DNA from: an uncultured Rikenellaceae bacterium
Lineage (GTDB): Bacteria > Bacteroidota > Bacteroidia > Bacteroidales > VadinHA17
Length of the DNA stretch: 64,000 bases
Assembly (NCBI GenBank): GCA_964507015.1
Contig: CAZDOM010000007.1
Span: 1,812 to 65,811 of the forward strand
Direction: 5' to 3'
The notes beneath the pieces were generated by a model that saw only the letters and a list, made by a program, of their open reading frames with translations, was not told where the DNA came from and did not search any database. The translations under genes were made by a program, and so were the position numbers. This document shows positions 28,840 through 37,394 of this stretch, piece by piece (the first letter of the stretch is position 1; each line of letters begins with the position of its first letter).

Positions 28840-29442
28840 ATGAAGAAGCTTTCCATTATACTGTTTTCGGTACTTTTTCTGGCTTTGGGCCTCCTCTATT
28901 TTTTCCATTTTTCAGGAACCGGGGTGAATAAAGAATCAGAAGAATCTTCTGAATATCATGAAGTAACTTCATCTGGAATTGCCTATGTAGACGTGGACTC
29001 TATCATCTTTAAATTTGACATGTTCTACGACAGGAGGGAAGAATTGATGGGTAAGCAGCAAAAAGCTGAAGCTGAACTCAACTCAAAAGCAAGCCTGTAC
29101 GAGAGAAACGCAAGGGATTACCAGGAAAAGGTAAGTAAAGGCCTTGTTACCAGGGCAACTGCTGCAGAAATGGAGCAAAACCTTCTTCAGCAGCAACAGG
29201 ACCTGGTCAATCTTCGTGATAACCTGCAGGCTAACCTTGTTGAAGAGGAACAGGTGATGAACCGTCAGATTCTTGAGTATATTACTACATTCCTCGAGGA
29301 AAATAGATCGGAATACAATTACCAGTATATTCTTGGCAAGAGTTTCGGGGGACAGGTTCTTTATGGAGATACTTCTCTCGACATCACCGACAAAGTACTA
29401 AAGGCCATTAATAAAAAATATCAGGCAGAGAATAAAAAATAA
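28840..29442 (+). CDS. OmpH-family protein (third OmpH-like gene in the window)
   Basis: N-terminal hydrophobic anchor, IAYVDVDSIIFKF, long Q/E-rich coiled coil. Confidence 0.7.
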   Translation: MKKLSIILFSVLFLALGLLYFFHFSGTGVNKESEESSEYHEVTSSGIAYVDVDSIIFKFDMFYDRREELMGKQQKAEAELNSKASLYERNARDYQEKVSKGLVTRATAAEMEQNLLQQQQDLVNLRDNLQANLVEEEQVMNRQILEYITTFLEENRSEYNYQYILGKSFGGQVLYGDTSLDITDKVLKAINKKYQAENKK

Positions 29443-29444
29443 TC

Positions 29445-30719
29445 ATGGGATTTGCTTCAGCCTGGCTGAATAAAAATGCTCTTTTCCCTGAGTTTATTAA
29501 AGAAGCACCTGATAACCAGACAGGTATTATAATTGTTGTACCTGCATTTAATGAGCCTTATATTACATCCCTGCTGGAGTGTCTTAAATCATGTGATGAA
29601 CCCGACTGTCAAGTTGAGGTGCTTGTCGTTATTAATGCTCCATCTGATGCATCATCTGAGAGCATCAGGAATAATTCAGTTTGTAAACAAAATATCGAAA
29701 AGTGGATAGGTGCTAATAATGACCGTTTCCTCAGGATTTATTATTTTAATACGGGGATAGCTCCTGTTGATGACTGGGGTGTTGGCCTGGCCAGGAAAAG
29801 CGGTATGGATGAAGCTTTAAGACGTTTCGATAAACTGGGGGAACCTGATGGTATAATAGTATCTCTTGATGCCGATTGCATAGTCGAAAAAAACTATTTA
29901 ACCGCTTTTTGCAACGAATTCTATAAGAAAAAAGAGAGAAAGGCTTGTTCTGTATATTTTGAACATCCCCTTACAGGCAATCAATTTCCGGGCCGATTAT
30001 ATGATTATATTGCCCAATATGAACTTCACCTGAGATATTTTGTACAGGGTCTCAGGTACTCCGGGTTTCCTTATGCATTTCATACAGTAGGGTCGGCACT
30101 TGCTGTTAAAGCACTTCAATATGTTAAAGCGGGAGGAATGAACCGAAGACAGGCAGGTGAGGATTTCTATTTTATTCAAAAACTGGCCCCGCTGGGAGGA
30201 TACTTCTACCTGAACAGTACTACTGTTTTTCCATCACCCAGGGAATCATACAGGGTACCTTTCGGAACAGGTGTAATGATGAAAAAACTTATGGATGATT
30301 CAGGAAACAGGTTGTTAACATATAACACAAAAGCATTTAGCGATCTTAAAAATATCTTTGAGATTGCCCGGAAAATGTATTTGGCTGATCAGGCTGAAGT
30401 ATTAGATTCATATGAGGTATTGCCTGCAGGAATAAGTTTTTTGACGGGTAAGCAGGAATGGAATTCGAAGATAAATGAGATTCAGAGAAATACATCCTCC
30501 TTTGAGGCTTTTATGAAGAGGTTCTTTATATGGTTCAATATGTTCAGAATTGTAAAGTACCTAAACAATATTCATGCTGCCACCTATAGTAAAGTTCCTG
30601 TTGAAGAATCGGCTGGTAATATGCTGGCCATATCAGGAATGAAAAATATCCCGAAAGATATTTACGAGCTGCTTATATATTACAGGAGAATGGAAAAGGG
30701 TTTAACTACAACTGGTTAG
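29445..30719 (+). CDS. Family-2 glycosyltransferase
   Basis: IIVVPAFNEP and SLDADC (DxD-type) motifs, GEDFYF block; 424 aa. Confidence 0.7.
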   Translation: MGFASAWLNKNALFPEFIKEAPDNQTGIIIVVPAFNEPYITSLLECLKSCDEPDCQVEVLVVINAPSDASSESIRNNSVCKQNIEKWIGANNDRFLRIYYFNTGIAPVDDWGVGLARKSGMDEALRRFDKLGEPDGIIVSLDADCIVEKNYLTAFCNEFYKKKERKACSVYFEHPLTGNQFPGRLYDYIAQYELHLRYFVQGLRYSGFPYAFHTVGSALAVKALQYVKAGGMNRRQAGEDFYFIQKLAPLGGYFYLNSTTVFPSPRESYRVPFGTGVMMKKLMDDSGNRLLTYNTKAFSDLKNIFEIARKMYLADQAEVLDSYEVLPAGISFLTGKQEWNSKINEIQRNTSSFEAFMKRFFIWFNMFRIVKYLNNIHAATYSKVPVEESAGNMLAISGMKNIPKDIYELLIYYRRMEKGLTTTG

Positions 30720-31063
30720 TTGTTTCTCCTGGTTATTTCACGGTCTTCACGTGGTGTAAGAATTATATACAGGTCCTCTTCAGGCTTTTTCATCCTGTAT
30801 TGTTCCCGGGCAAATTTTTCAAGACTCTCATCATCAGTCTTCAACTCCTGCAGCTTCCTGCGATCAACCTCGATTTTTTTCAGGTAATACTCTTTTTCAT
30901 CCCGTAATTTTTGTAGTTCCCTGATCTCTTTATAACGTGATATAAGGTTGTTCGAATCAAGCAGTAAAAGCCATATCAGGAAAATAAGTATAGTTAAGAC
31001 ATATTTATTTCTGAATATAGCGGGAATCTTTTCTATAAATCTGAATCTGTTCATATAATACAA
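30716..31063 (-). CDS. Septum formation initiator (FtsB/DivIC-like)
   Basis: 115 aa; one N-terminal TM (VLTILIFLIWLLLL) then a coiled coil (IRELQKLRDEKEYYLKKIE). Confidence 0.7.
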   Translation of the reverse strand: MYYMNRFRFIEKIPAIFRNKYVLTILIFLIWLLLLDSNNLISRYKEIRELQKLRDEKEYYLKKIEVDRRKLQELKTDDESLEKFAREQYRMKKPEEDLYIILTPREDREITRRNN

Positions 31064-31079
31064 ACCTACAATTTTTTTT

Positions 31080-31283
31080 TCATCCGCCGCTCATAAGGTA
31101 AATGATTTGAACCTTATCGCCTTCACTTATGAATGTTGTGTCGTATTTATCCTTTTGGATCAGTATATTGTTTATTTTAATGATTCTCATCCTGAATGTA
31201 TATCTTTTAAGCTCAAGCAGTCTGCTTACTGTCAGTGTTTTATCGCTGAGTTCTTCTTCCCTGTTATTTAATAATATTTTCAT
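31080..31283 (-). CDS. ThiS/MoaD-family ubiquitin-like sulfur carrier
   Basis: 67 aa ending in GG (EGDKVQIIYLMSGG). Overall ThiS pattern (ILLNN...LTVSRLLE...INN.LI.KD.Y....I.EGD). Confidence 0.85.
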   Translation of the reverse strand: MKILLNNREEELSDKTLTVSRLLELKRYTFRMRIIKINNILIQKDKYDTTFISEGDKVQIIYLMSGG

Positions 31284-31880
31284 TCAGGAATTAAGTTTTT
31301 TGTTCATAAGTATTTCGATAGCAGTGTTGGCCTGCATATTTGCTACAATTCCAACTCTTGGAGCCAGTGGCGGAAGATCTTCATTGGCATTTGTCGATTC
31401 ATCACCACATACATAAAGTGTATTGTCAATTTTACGAAATCTTAAAGTCTCATTATTTCCCCAGCCGGCAATTCCTGATCCTATTATTACCGGTATTCCC
31501 GGCATTTTCAACTGAATCGTTTCAATCAGCATCTCTTTCATTTCATTACTGTCGAAAGCTTCGATAATAACGTCGCAGCCTTCAAAAACAGAAGGTATAT
31601 TCGACTCATTCAGCTTATGGTTGTGACCTATCACTTTTACTAAAGGATTTATTCTTGCGATATTCTCCTTAAGGGCTTCGGTTTTAAGCATGCCTATCTG
31701 GTCAGCAAAGTAATATTGCCGGTTAAGGTTAGCCTTTTCAATAATGTCAAAATCAGCAACTACCAGCGTACCTGCTCCGCTTCTGGCAAGTGCAATTGCA
31801 CAGTTTGAACCAAGACCACCGGCACCTGCTATCCCTATTCTGAATTTACCTAGATGTGATGTAATTTCCGGAAACTTCAT
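31284..31880 (-). CDS. ThiF/MoeB/HesA-family E1-like adenylyltransferase
   Basis: GIAGAGGLGSNCAIALARSGAGTLVVADFDIIEKANLNRQ nucleotide-binding motif. Abuts the ThiS-like gene. Start set at MKFPE because a TAnnTTTG box lies inside the longer ORF. Confidence 0.8.
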   Translation of the reverse strand: MKFPEITSHLGKFRIGIAGAGGLGSNCAIALARSGAGTLVVADFDIIEKANLNRQYYFADQIGMLKTEALKENIARINPLVKVIGHNHKLNESNIPSVFEGCDVIIEAFDSNEMKEMLIETIQLKMPGIPVIIGSGIAGWGNNETLRFRKIDNTLYVCGDESTNANEDLPPLAPRVGIVANMQANTAIEILMNKKLNS

Positions 31881-31902
31881 AGAAGTATGACTTATATAAT
31901 TG

Positions 31903-31910
31903 CAAATATA
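31903..31910 (-). promoter_or_regulatory. Bacteroidota -7 promoter box (TAnnTTTG) for thiF-thiS
   Basis: Minus-strand TATATTTG, 22 nt upstream of the ATG at 31880. Confidence 0.5.
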
Positions 31911-31953
31911 CAATATGATTATAACCTGTCTGTAAAAAAATGTCCGGTAAAAA

Positions 31954-31987
31954 TCCAGTATAGCGTACTGATCTATGTCATACTGGA
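31954..31987. promoter_or_regulatory. Inverted repeat in the divergent thiF | aor control region
   Basis: TCCAGTAT-N18-ATACTGGA, just upstream of the aor -7 box. Confidence 0.45.
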
Positions 31988-32002
31988 CAGTATAAAATTT
32001 TG

Positions 32003-32010
32003 TAACTTTG
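32003..32010 (+). promoter_or_regulatory. Bacteroidota -7 promoter box (TAnnTTTG) for aor
   Basis: TAACTTTG, 45 nt upstream of the ATG at 32055. Confidence 0.5.
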
Positions 32011-32054
32011 GTACATTCTCTTAACTGCCATCTTTTTAATAAAATCTTTTCAAT

Positions 32055-34211
32055 ATGGATACGGTTTTACAGAAAGCTCAACACAAAATACTTAAAGAGT
32101 GGAAATATATCTGGACTCCTTTAGATAAAGGTTATACCGACAAGGTCCTGTATATAAATGTAGGTACTAATGATATCAGGGGAAAAGATGTTCCCCTGGA
32201 GATGAAGGAAAAATTCATCGGGGGGAAAGGATACGGACTAAGGCTCTTATGGGATGGTACAAAGCCTGATACGAAATGGAATAGTCCTGATAATGAGATT
32301 GTTATATCTTCGGGGCCTATTGGTGGAATAACCCAGTATTCCGGATCAGGTAAATCGTTGGTAGTCAGTATTTCTCCTCAGACAGACTCTGTGATGGACA
32401 GTAATGTAGGAGGTTTTTTCGGACCCTTTCTGAAGTTTTCAGGATTTGATGCAATTGAATTACAGGGTAAAGCCCAAAAGGATGTAATTGTATTTATTGA
32501 CGGAATAAATCATAAAGTAGAGGTTTATGAAGCTAATGATGAAGAGGCAACTGACAGCCACATACTTGTTGAGCAGCTTACCGATTATTTTGCTGTTGAT
32601 GAAAAGGATAAAAAGAATATTGGAGTAGTCTCATCCGGTTCTGCTGCGAAACATTCACTGATTGGGATGCTTAATTTCAGCTTTTATGATCCCAAGCGTA
32701 AGAAGGTAAGGGTGAAACAGGCTGGAAGGGGAGGAATAGGTACAGTATTCCGGGACAAGAATATACGAGCTCTTGTCTGTAAGATACCCGGAGTAAAGGG
32801 CAATCTTAATAATGTTGTTGATCTTGACGCAATTATGGAGCGTGGCAGACGGTTTAACAAAGAGATGAGAGAACTTGACGACAAACAATGCCAGATGCGC
32901 CAGGTTGGAACAGCTCACCTGATGGAGATAATGAACGATCATGATCTGTTGCCGGTAAATAACTATAAGTATGGAAGTCATCCCGATGCTTACAAAATCG
33001 ATTCATCGATATGGAAGAAACACTTTACGCAGAACATTCCTGATGGTTGCTGGATAGGTTGTAATATGTCGTGTACCAAGGGGGTGGACGATTATGAGAT
33101 AAGGACCGGACCCTATAAAGGGAATAAGGTAATAGTAGATGGTCCTGAATATGAGAATGCAGCCGGTTTAGGTTCAAATTGCGGAATATTCGATTCTCAT
33201 TATATTATTGAGAGCAATTTTTACTGTGACACATACGGAATTTGTACGATTACCTGGAGTACCGTCACAGCTTTCATTATGGAATGTTATGAGAATGGAA
33301 TACTTAACAAGGAAAGAACCGGAGGGTTGGAACTTAATTTCGGTAATGCGGATGCGGCCCTTGAAATGATACATCAGCTGGCACGCGGTGAAGGTTTCGG
33401 GAAAATTGCCGGACTTGGTGTGCGGCATGCAAAGGAGCTTTTTATTAAAAACGAATGGGGAGATGCTGATTTCCTGAACGATATCGGTATGGAAAACAAA
33501 GGGCTTGAATATTCCCAATATATATCAAAAGAATCACTTGCTCAGCAGGGAGGTTTTGCCATGACAAACAAAGGTCCTCAGCATGATGAAGCATGGCTCA
33601 TTTTTATGGATATGGTAAACAACCAGATACCTACCTTTGAGAATAAGGCTGAGGCGTTGCACTATTTTCCAATGTTCAGAACATGGTTCGGGCTGGTTGG
33701 ATTGTGCAAGCTGCCATGGAATGATATTGAGCCTGAGAATAATGCAGAGACTGATGAGCCCGCAAAAGTACCGGAGCATGTCGATAATTATGTTACTATA
33801 TATAAGGCAGTTACAGGCCGTGAGTTCGATAAGCACAGACTCATTGAGGATTCAGAAAGAGTTTACAACTTCCAGCGAATATTTAACCTGCGGAGGGGAT
33901 ACGGCACACGGATACATGACAAACAACCATATCGTGCCGCAGGCCCCGTTACGAAAGAGGAGTATGAATCAAGAGCCGAAAGGTATGATAACCAAATTAT
34001 GGAAAAGTTAAATATTGATCCTTCAGGGAAATCAACAGAGGAAAAAATGAAGATCCTCAGAAAATACAGGGAAAATCAGTATGAAGCTCTTGTTGATGCT
34101 GTCTATAAGAGAAGAGGATGGAACAAAAACGGGGTTCCCACTATTGAGTTCCTGAAAAAAATAGGAATGGATCTTCCGGAAGTAATTGAGGTTGTTAAGG
34201 AGTATCAATAG
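32055..34211 (+). CDS. Aldehyde:ferredoxin oxidoreductase family protein (tungsto/molybdopterin, long form)
   Basis: 718 aa; GGKGYGLRLL N-terminal block, Cys cluster DGCWIGCNMSCTK, CDTYGICTITWSTVTAFIMECYENGIL, and late FGLVGLCKLPW block typical of AOR-family enzymes. Confidence 0.85.
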   Translation: MDTVLQKAQHKILKEWKYIWTPLDKGYTDKVLYINVGTNDIRGKDVPLEMKEKFIGGKGYGLRLLWDGTKPDTKWNSPDNEIVISSGPIGGITQYSGSGKSLVVSISPQTDSVMDSNVGGFFGPFLKFSGFDAIELQGKAQKDVIVFIDGINHKVEVYEANDEEATDSHILVEQLTDYFAVDEKDKKNIGVVSSGSAAKHSLIGMLNFSFYDPKRKKVRVKQAGRGGIGTVFRDKNIRALVCKIPGVKGNLNNVVDLDAIMERGRRFNKEMRELDDKQCQMRQVGTAHLMEIMNDHDLLPVNNYKYGSHPDAYKIDSSIWKKHFTQNIPDGCWIGCNMSCTKGVDDYEIRTGPYKGNKVIVDGPEYENAAGLGSNCGIFDSHYIIESNFYCDTYGICTITWSTVTAFIMECYENGILNKERTGGLELNFGNADAALEMIHQLARGEGFGKIAGLGVRHAKELFIKNEWGDADFLNDIGMENKGLEYSQYISKESLAQQGGFAMTNKGPQHDEAWLIFMDMVNNQIPTFENKAEALHYFPMFRTWFGLVGLCKLPWNDIEPENNAETDEPAKVPEHVDNYVTIYKAVTGREFDKHRLIEDSERVYNFQRIFNLRRGYGTRIHDKQPYRAAGPVTKEEYESRAERYDNQIMEKLNIDPSGKSTEEKMKILRKYRENQYEALVDAVYKRRGWNKNGVPTIEFLKKIGMDLPEVIEVVKEYQ

Positions 34212-34224
34212 AAAAGGTTAATAT

Positions 34225-35406
34225 ATGAAAATGATTTCTATTTCTGAAGCTTATGAAATAGTAATGAATGCCTGTTTCTCAACCGGAAAGGAATATGTTC
34301 CTTTTATTGAATCACTGAACCGGGTCCTTGCCGGTGATATCATCAGCGATATGGAGATGCCGCCTTTCAACAAAGCATCTGTTGATGGTTTTGCATGTAG
34401 AAAATCTGACCTGGACAATGAACTGAAGGTCATAGAAACCGTTTCTGCCGGCGGATGGCCCGAAAAACCTGCAGGTAAAAACCTTTGTACACGTATTATG
34501 ACAGGAGCAGCTGTTCCGGAAGGTGCAGATTGTGTTATTATGGTGGAAGATACAGAAACATTACCTTCCGGAAAAATCAGGTTCACTGGTTCTTCAACAA
34601 AGGATAACATCGCATTTAAAGGAGAGGATATAAAAAAGGGATATGTTGTAATGACAGCCGGAAGCCTTATTAAACCTCAGCATATCGGGGTAATGGCTAC
34701 TGTCGGATATACATCTGTTGCAGTAAGTTGTAAACCTCGTATTGCTGTTATCAGCTCAGGAGATGAACTGGTGGAACCGGATAAAAAACCCGGCAGATCA
34801 CAGATAAGGAATTGTAATTCATACCAGCTTATGGCACAGACTGAGAGGGCTGGTGGTGCAGTAAAATATTATGGTATTGCACGAGATGATGAACAGGAAA
34901 CATTTGATATTGTGCAAAAAGCTCTGTCGGAGAGTGACCTGATAATAATAACAGGCGGAGTTTCAATGGGAGATTTTGATTTTATTCCCTCTGTGCTGGA
35001 AAGGGCAGGTGTCAGGCTGCAATTTTCAAGAGTAGCGGTCCAACCAGGTAAACCAACTACATTCGGAATACATCCCAAAGCACTTGTTTTTGGACTTCCC
35101 GGAAACCCTGTATCATCTTTCATGCAATTTGAGATTCTTATCAGACCATTGATAAATAAAATGATGCGACATGCCTGGAAGCCGATAATAATAGACTTAC
35201 CACTTAAAGATGGATTCTACAGAAAATCTGCCGATAGAATGGGATTAGTTCCTGTCATAATAACTGAAGATCAGCATGTTATGCCTGTTGAATATCATGG
35301 ATCAGCACATATTTCTGCAATTCCTGATGCATTTGGCATCATTGCCATTCCTGCCGGGCAGCACAAAATAGAGAAGGGTACAGTGGTAAGTGTACGTCAG
35401 ATATGA
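34225..35406 (+). CDS. moeA: Molybdopterin molybdenum/tungsten transferase
   Basis: 393 aa; PPFNKASVDGFA, IMTGAAVPEGAD, IITGGVSMGDFD, VAVQPGKP, GLPGNPVSS blocks. Confidence 0.88.
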   Translation: MKMISISEAYEIVMNACFSTGKEYVPFIESLNRVLAGDIISDMEMPPFNKASVDGFACRKSDLDNELKVIETVSAGGWPEKPAGKNLCTRIMTGAAVPEGADCVIMVEDTETLPSGKIRFTGSSTKDNIAFKGEDIKKGYVVMTAGSLIKPQHIGVMATVGYTSVAVSCKPRIAVISSGDELVEPDKKPGRSQIRNCNSYQLMAQTERAGGAVKYYGIARDDEQETFDIVQKALSESDLIIITGGVSMGDFDFIPSVLERAGVRLQFSRVAVQPGKPTTFGIHPKALVFGLPGNPVSSFMQFEILIRPLINKMMRHAWKPIIIDLPLKDGFYRKSADRMGLVPVIITEDQHVMPVEYHGSAHISAIPDAFGIIAIPAGQHKIEKGTVVSVRQI

Positions 35407-35433
35407 TAATAAAAACTATTACTTACATTATTA

Positions 35434-35946
35434 ATGGATCTTCCTGAAAAAATAAATGTCCTCATTATTACGTTGAGCGACAGGGCTTACAAGGGTGAAT
35501 ATAATGACTTGAGCGGCCCCCGCGTAAAAGAGATACTCTCAGATTATTTTCATGATGATAATCAGGTATATAATATTGATATGAAACTTATCCCCGATGA
35601 TACTGTTATTCTGAGGGAAATTCTGGCAGATGCAGGCACTTTGTACAATCTTATAATTACAACAGGGGGGACAGGAATAGGTCCAAGGGATATCACTATA
35701 GAAACTGTCAGGCCGATGCTATCAAAGGAGATCCCGGGTATTATGGAATATATCAGGGTAAAATATGGATCACAAAAACCAAATGCTCTCCTTTCCAGAG
35801 GTGTTGCCGGTATTCTTGGGAATGCGATTATTTACACGATTCCAGGATCACAAAAAGCTGCAGAAGAATATATGACAGAAATAACCAGAATACTAAAACA
35901 CACAATATTAATGCAGTACGGAATAGATACACACAGGCATGGTTAA
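35434..35946 (+). CDS. MogA/MoaB-family molybdopterin adenylyltransferase
   Basis: 170 aa; ITLSDRAYKGEY, IITTGGTGIGPRDIT, RGVAG motifs. Confidence 0.8.
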   Translation: MDLPEKINVLIITLSDRAYKGEYNDLSGPRVKEILSDYFHDDNQVYNIDMKLIPDDTVILREILADAGTLYNLIITTGGTGIGPRDITIETVRPMLSKEIPGIMEYIRVKYGSQKPNALLSRGVAGILGNAIIYTIPGSQKAAEEYMTEITRILKHTILMQYGIDTHRHG

Positions 35947-37232
35947 TAAGAGACCTTATTGTTTGTGTTTGCAGTGGCTGTTCCTATTACCCGGTCAAAT
36001 CGCTCATAAGGATTCCTGTAATAAACAAACACAGTATAATCATTCTCAGTATCATAATGGTTGCTCTCGAAGAGTGTGGCAATTCCCTGAGTATTTCCCT
36101 TCTTTAAAAATACATATTCATAATTATACCAACCCTGTTTCAGAAGGATAGTACATTCATACTGCCCCTGCTGAGGATTATATGTCATAATGTTATTATT
36201 ATTGAATTCCCAGTTGTTAAAACTTCCTGATACATACAAATTTCCATCTGCTATCATATATTTCGACGGCAGGGTAAAATAGACATAGACATAATCGGCA
36301 TCTGTTTCAGGATTTCTTCCCTCACTACTTGAAATGTAGTACCGGCCATTAAAATCCTGCCAGTAAAAATATGGTTTGTATTCCCTGTTTTCTGATGGAA
36401 CCAGGTATATATTATAATATGGTGCCATGTAGTCTATTTTTCTTATAAATTCTGATTTGTACCTGATACTCCTGATGTCGAAATACCTGAATTCATTTCC
36501 TCCATTGAAAATATAATTTTCAGATATTGTATTGAATCTGAGCTGGTTATTTCCAATAAAGTCAGGTTTAAGGTTCTGTTTTGCGTTATCCCAGCGACCA
36601 TTTTGAAGTACGGAACAATAAATATTCCTGGCAGGATCGGTTACAGAGATACCGGCAAAATTTATAGTAAACTCAAGTTGCTGACCTGTATTATCTAAAG
36701 ATGGAATAAGCGGTCGGAATGTTCTCATATTTATTCCGGCAGAACCCTCCGTAATCACAAAACGTTGTATAAAAACCGGATTATCAGGTTCTCCCTCGGG
36801 ATAAACATAAAGGATGTAATTGCCAGATAATAAGAATGAGATTCTATCGTTGGGAAATGCCAGGGAATAATGATAAAAATTTACTGTGGTATTGAATGAC
36901 GGTTGACTATTCTCTATTGGATTGTCAGGTAAACCCTCCAGGTATTCATTGGTAAAAATATCTGATTTGTTCCAGTCTTTATCACAGTGATAGAAGGTAT
37001 AATAGAATGTATCATTATAGTCACCAATAAGATCAAACTGAAGCATGAGTTTCTCTTCACTGTTTAATCTTATAACAGGGTAGGAAAAATTCCATCCTTC
37101 TTTATAGAGCTGGAGTGTTTTGACTCTTTCGTCAAATATTCTGTTTGTATAAAAATCAGGATAGTCGCTTTTCCCATACATTAGTGTTCCGGTAAGCAGA
37201 TTCAGAATTACATACAACAATAATTCACGCAT
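35943..37232 (-). CDS. DUF5103-like protein (T9SS plug-protein family, tentative)
   Basis: 429 aa. N-terminal VKTLQLYKEGW...PVIRLNSEEKLMLQFDLIG...YYTFYHCDKDWNKSDI...EYLEG recalls the DUF5103 pattern from memory. 4-nt convergent stop overlap with mogA. Confidence 0.5.
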   Translation of the reverse strand: MRELLLYVILNLLTGTLMYGKSDYPDFYTNRIFDERVKTLQLYKEGWNFSYPVIRLNSEEKLMLQFDLIGDYNDTFYYTFYHCDKDWNKSDIFTNEYLEGLPDNPIENSQPSFNTTVNFYHYSLAFPNDRISFLLSGNYILYVYPEGEPDNPVFIQRFVITEGSAGINMRTFRPLIPSLDNTGQQLEFTINFAGISVTDPARNIYCSVLQNGRWDNAKQNLKPDFIGNNQLRFNTISENYIFNGGNEFRYFDIRSIRYKSEFIRKIDYMAPYYNIYLVPSENREYKPYFYWQDFNGRYYISSSEGRNPETDADYVYVYFTLPSKYMIADGNLYVSGSFNNWEFNNNNIMTYNPQQGQYECTILLKQGWYNYEYVFLKKGNTQGIATLFESNHYDTENDYTVFVYYRNPYERFDRVIGTATANTNNKVSY

Positions 37233-37322
37233 AATGTGTGCTTTAAACAGGATGTTAACAAAAATAATGCAAAAATATTACATCATATAAGACATTTTTT
37301 AAGATTTATCGGGAGCTATTTA

Positions 37323-37330
37323 TACATTTG
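37323..37330 (+). promoter_or_regulatory. Bacteroidota -7 promoter box (TAnnTTTG) for the nqr operon
   Basis: TACATTTG, 65 nt upstream of the nqrA ATG. Confidence 0.5.
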
Positions 37331-37394
37331 TAACTATAGTTAATTTATTAACAGTCCCTTGTTAAAAGGATTTATTTAATGGCTTCATAAAAAT

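Noticed and set aside
31914-32054. Possible Moco or TPP riboswitch in the thiF | aor intergenic region
   Set aside because: Neither strand shows the conserved cores I know (CUGAGA and ACCUGAUCUGGAUAAUGCCAGCG-like for TPP; the Moco motif GCCUCCG/AAAGGA-type elements). The leaders implied by the -7 boxes are only ~16-40 nt. An Rfam scan would be needed for certainty.
35939-36151. 70-aa plus-strand ORF after mogA
   Set aside because: It overlaps the 3' end of the 429-aa DUF5103-like gene on the other strand. The sequence is Cys/His/Gln-rich with no support for coding.
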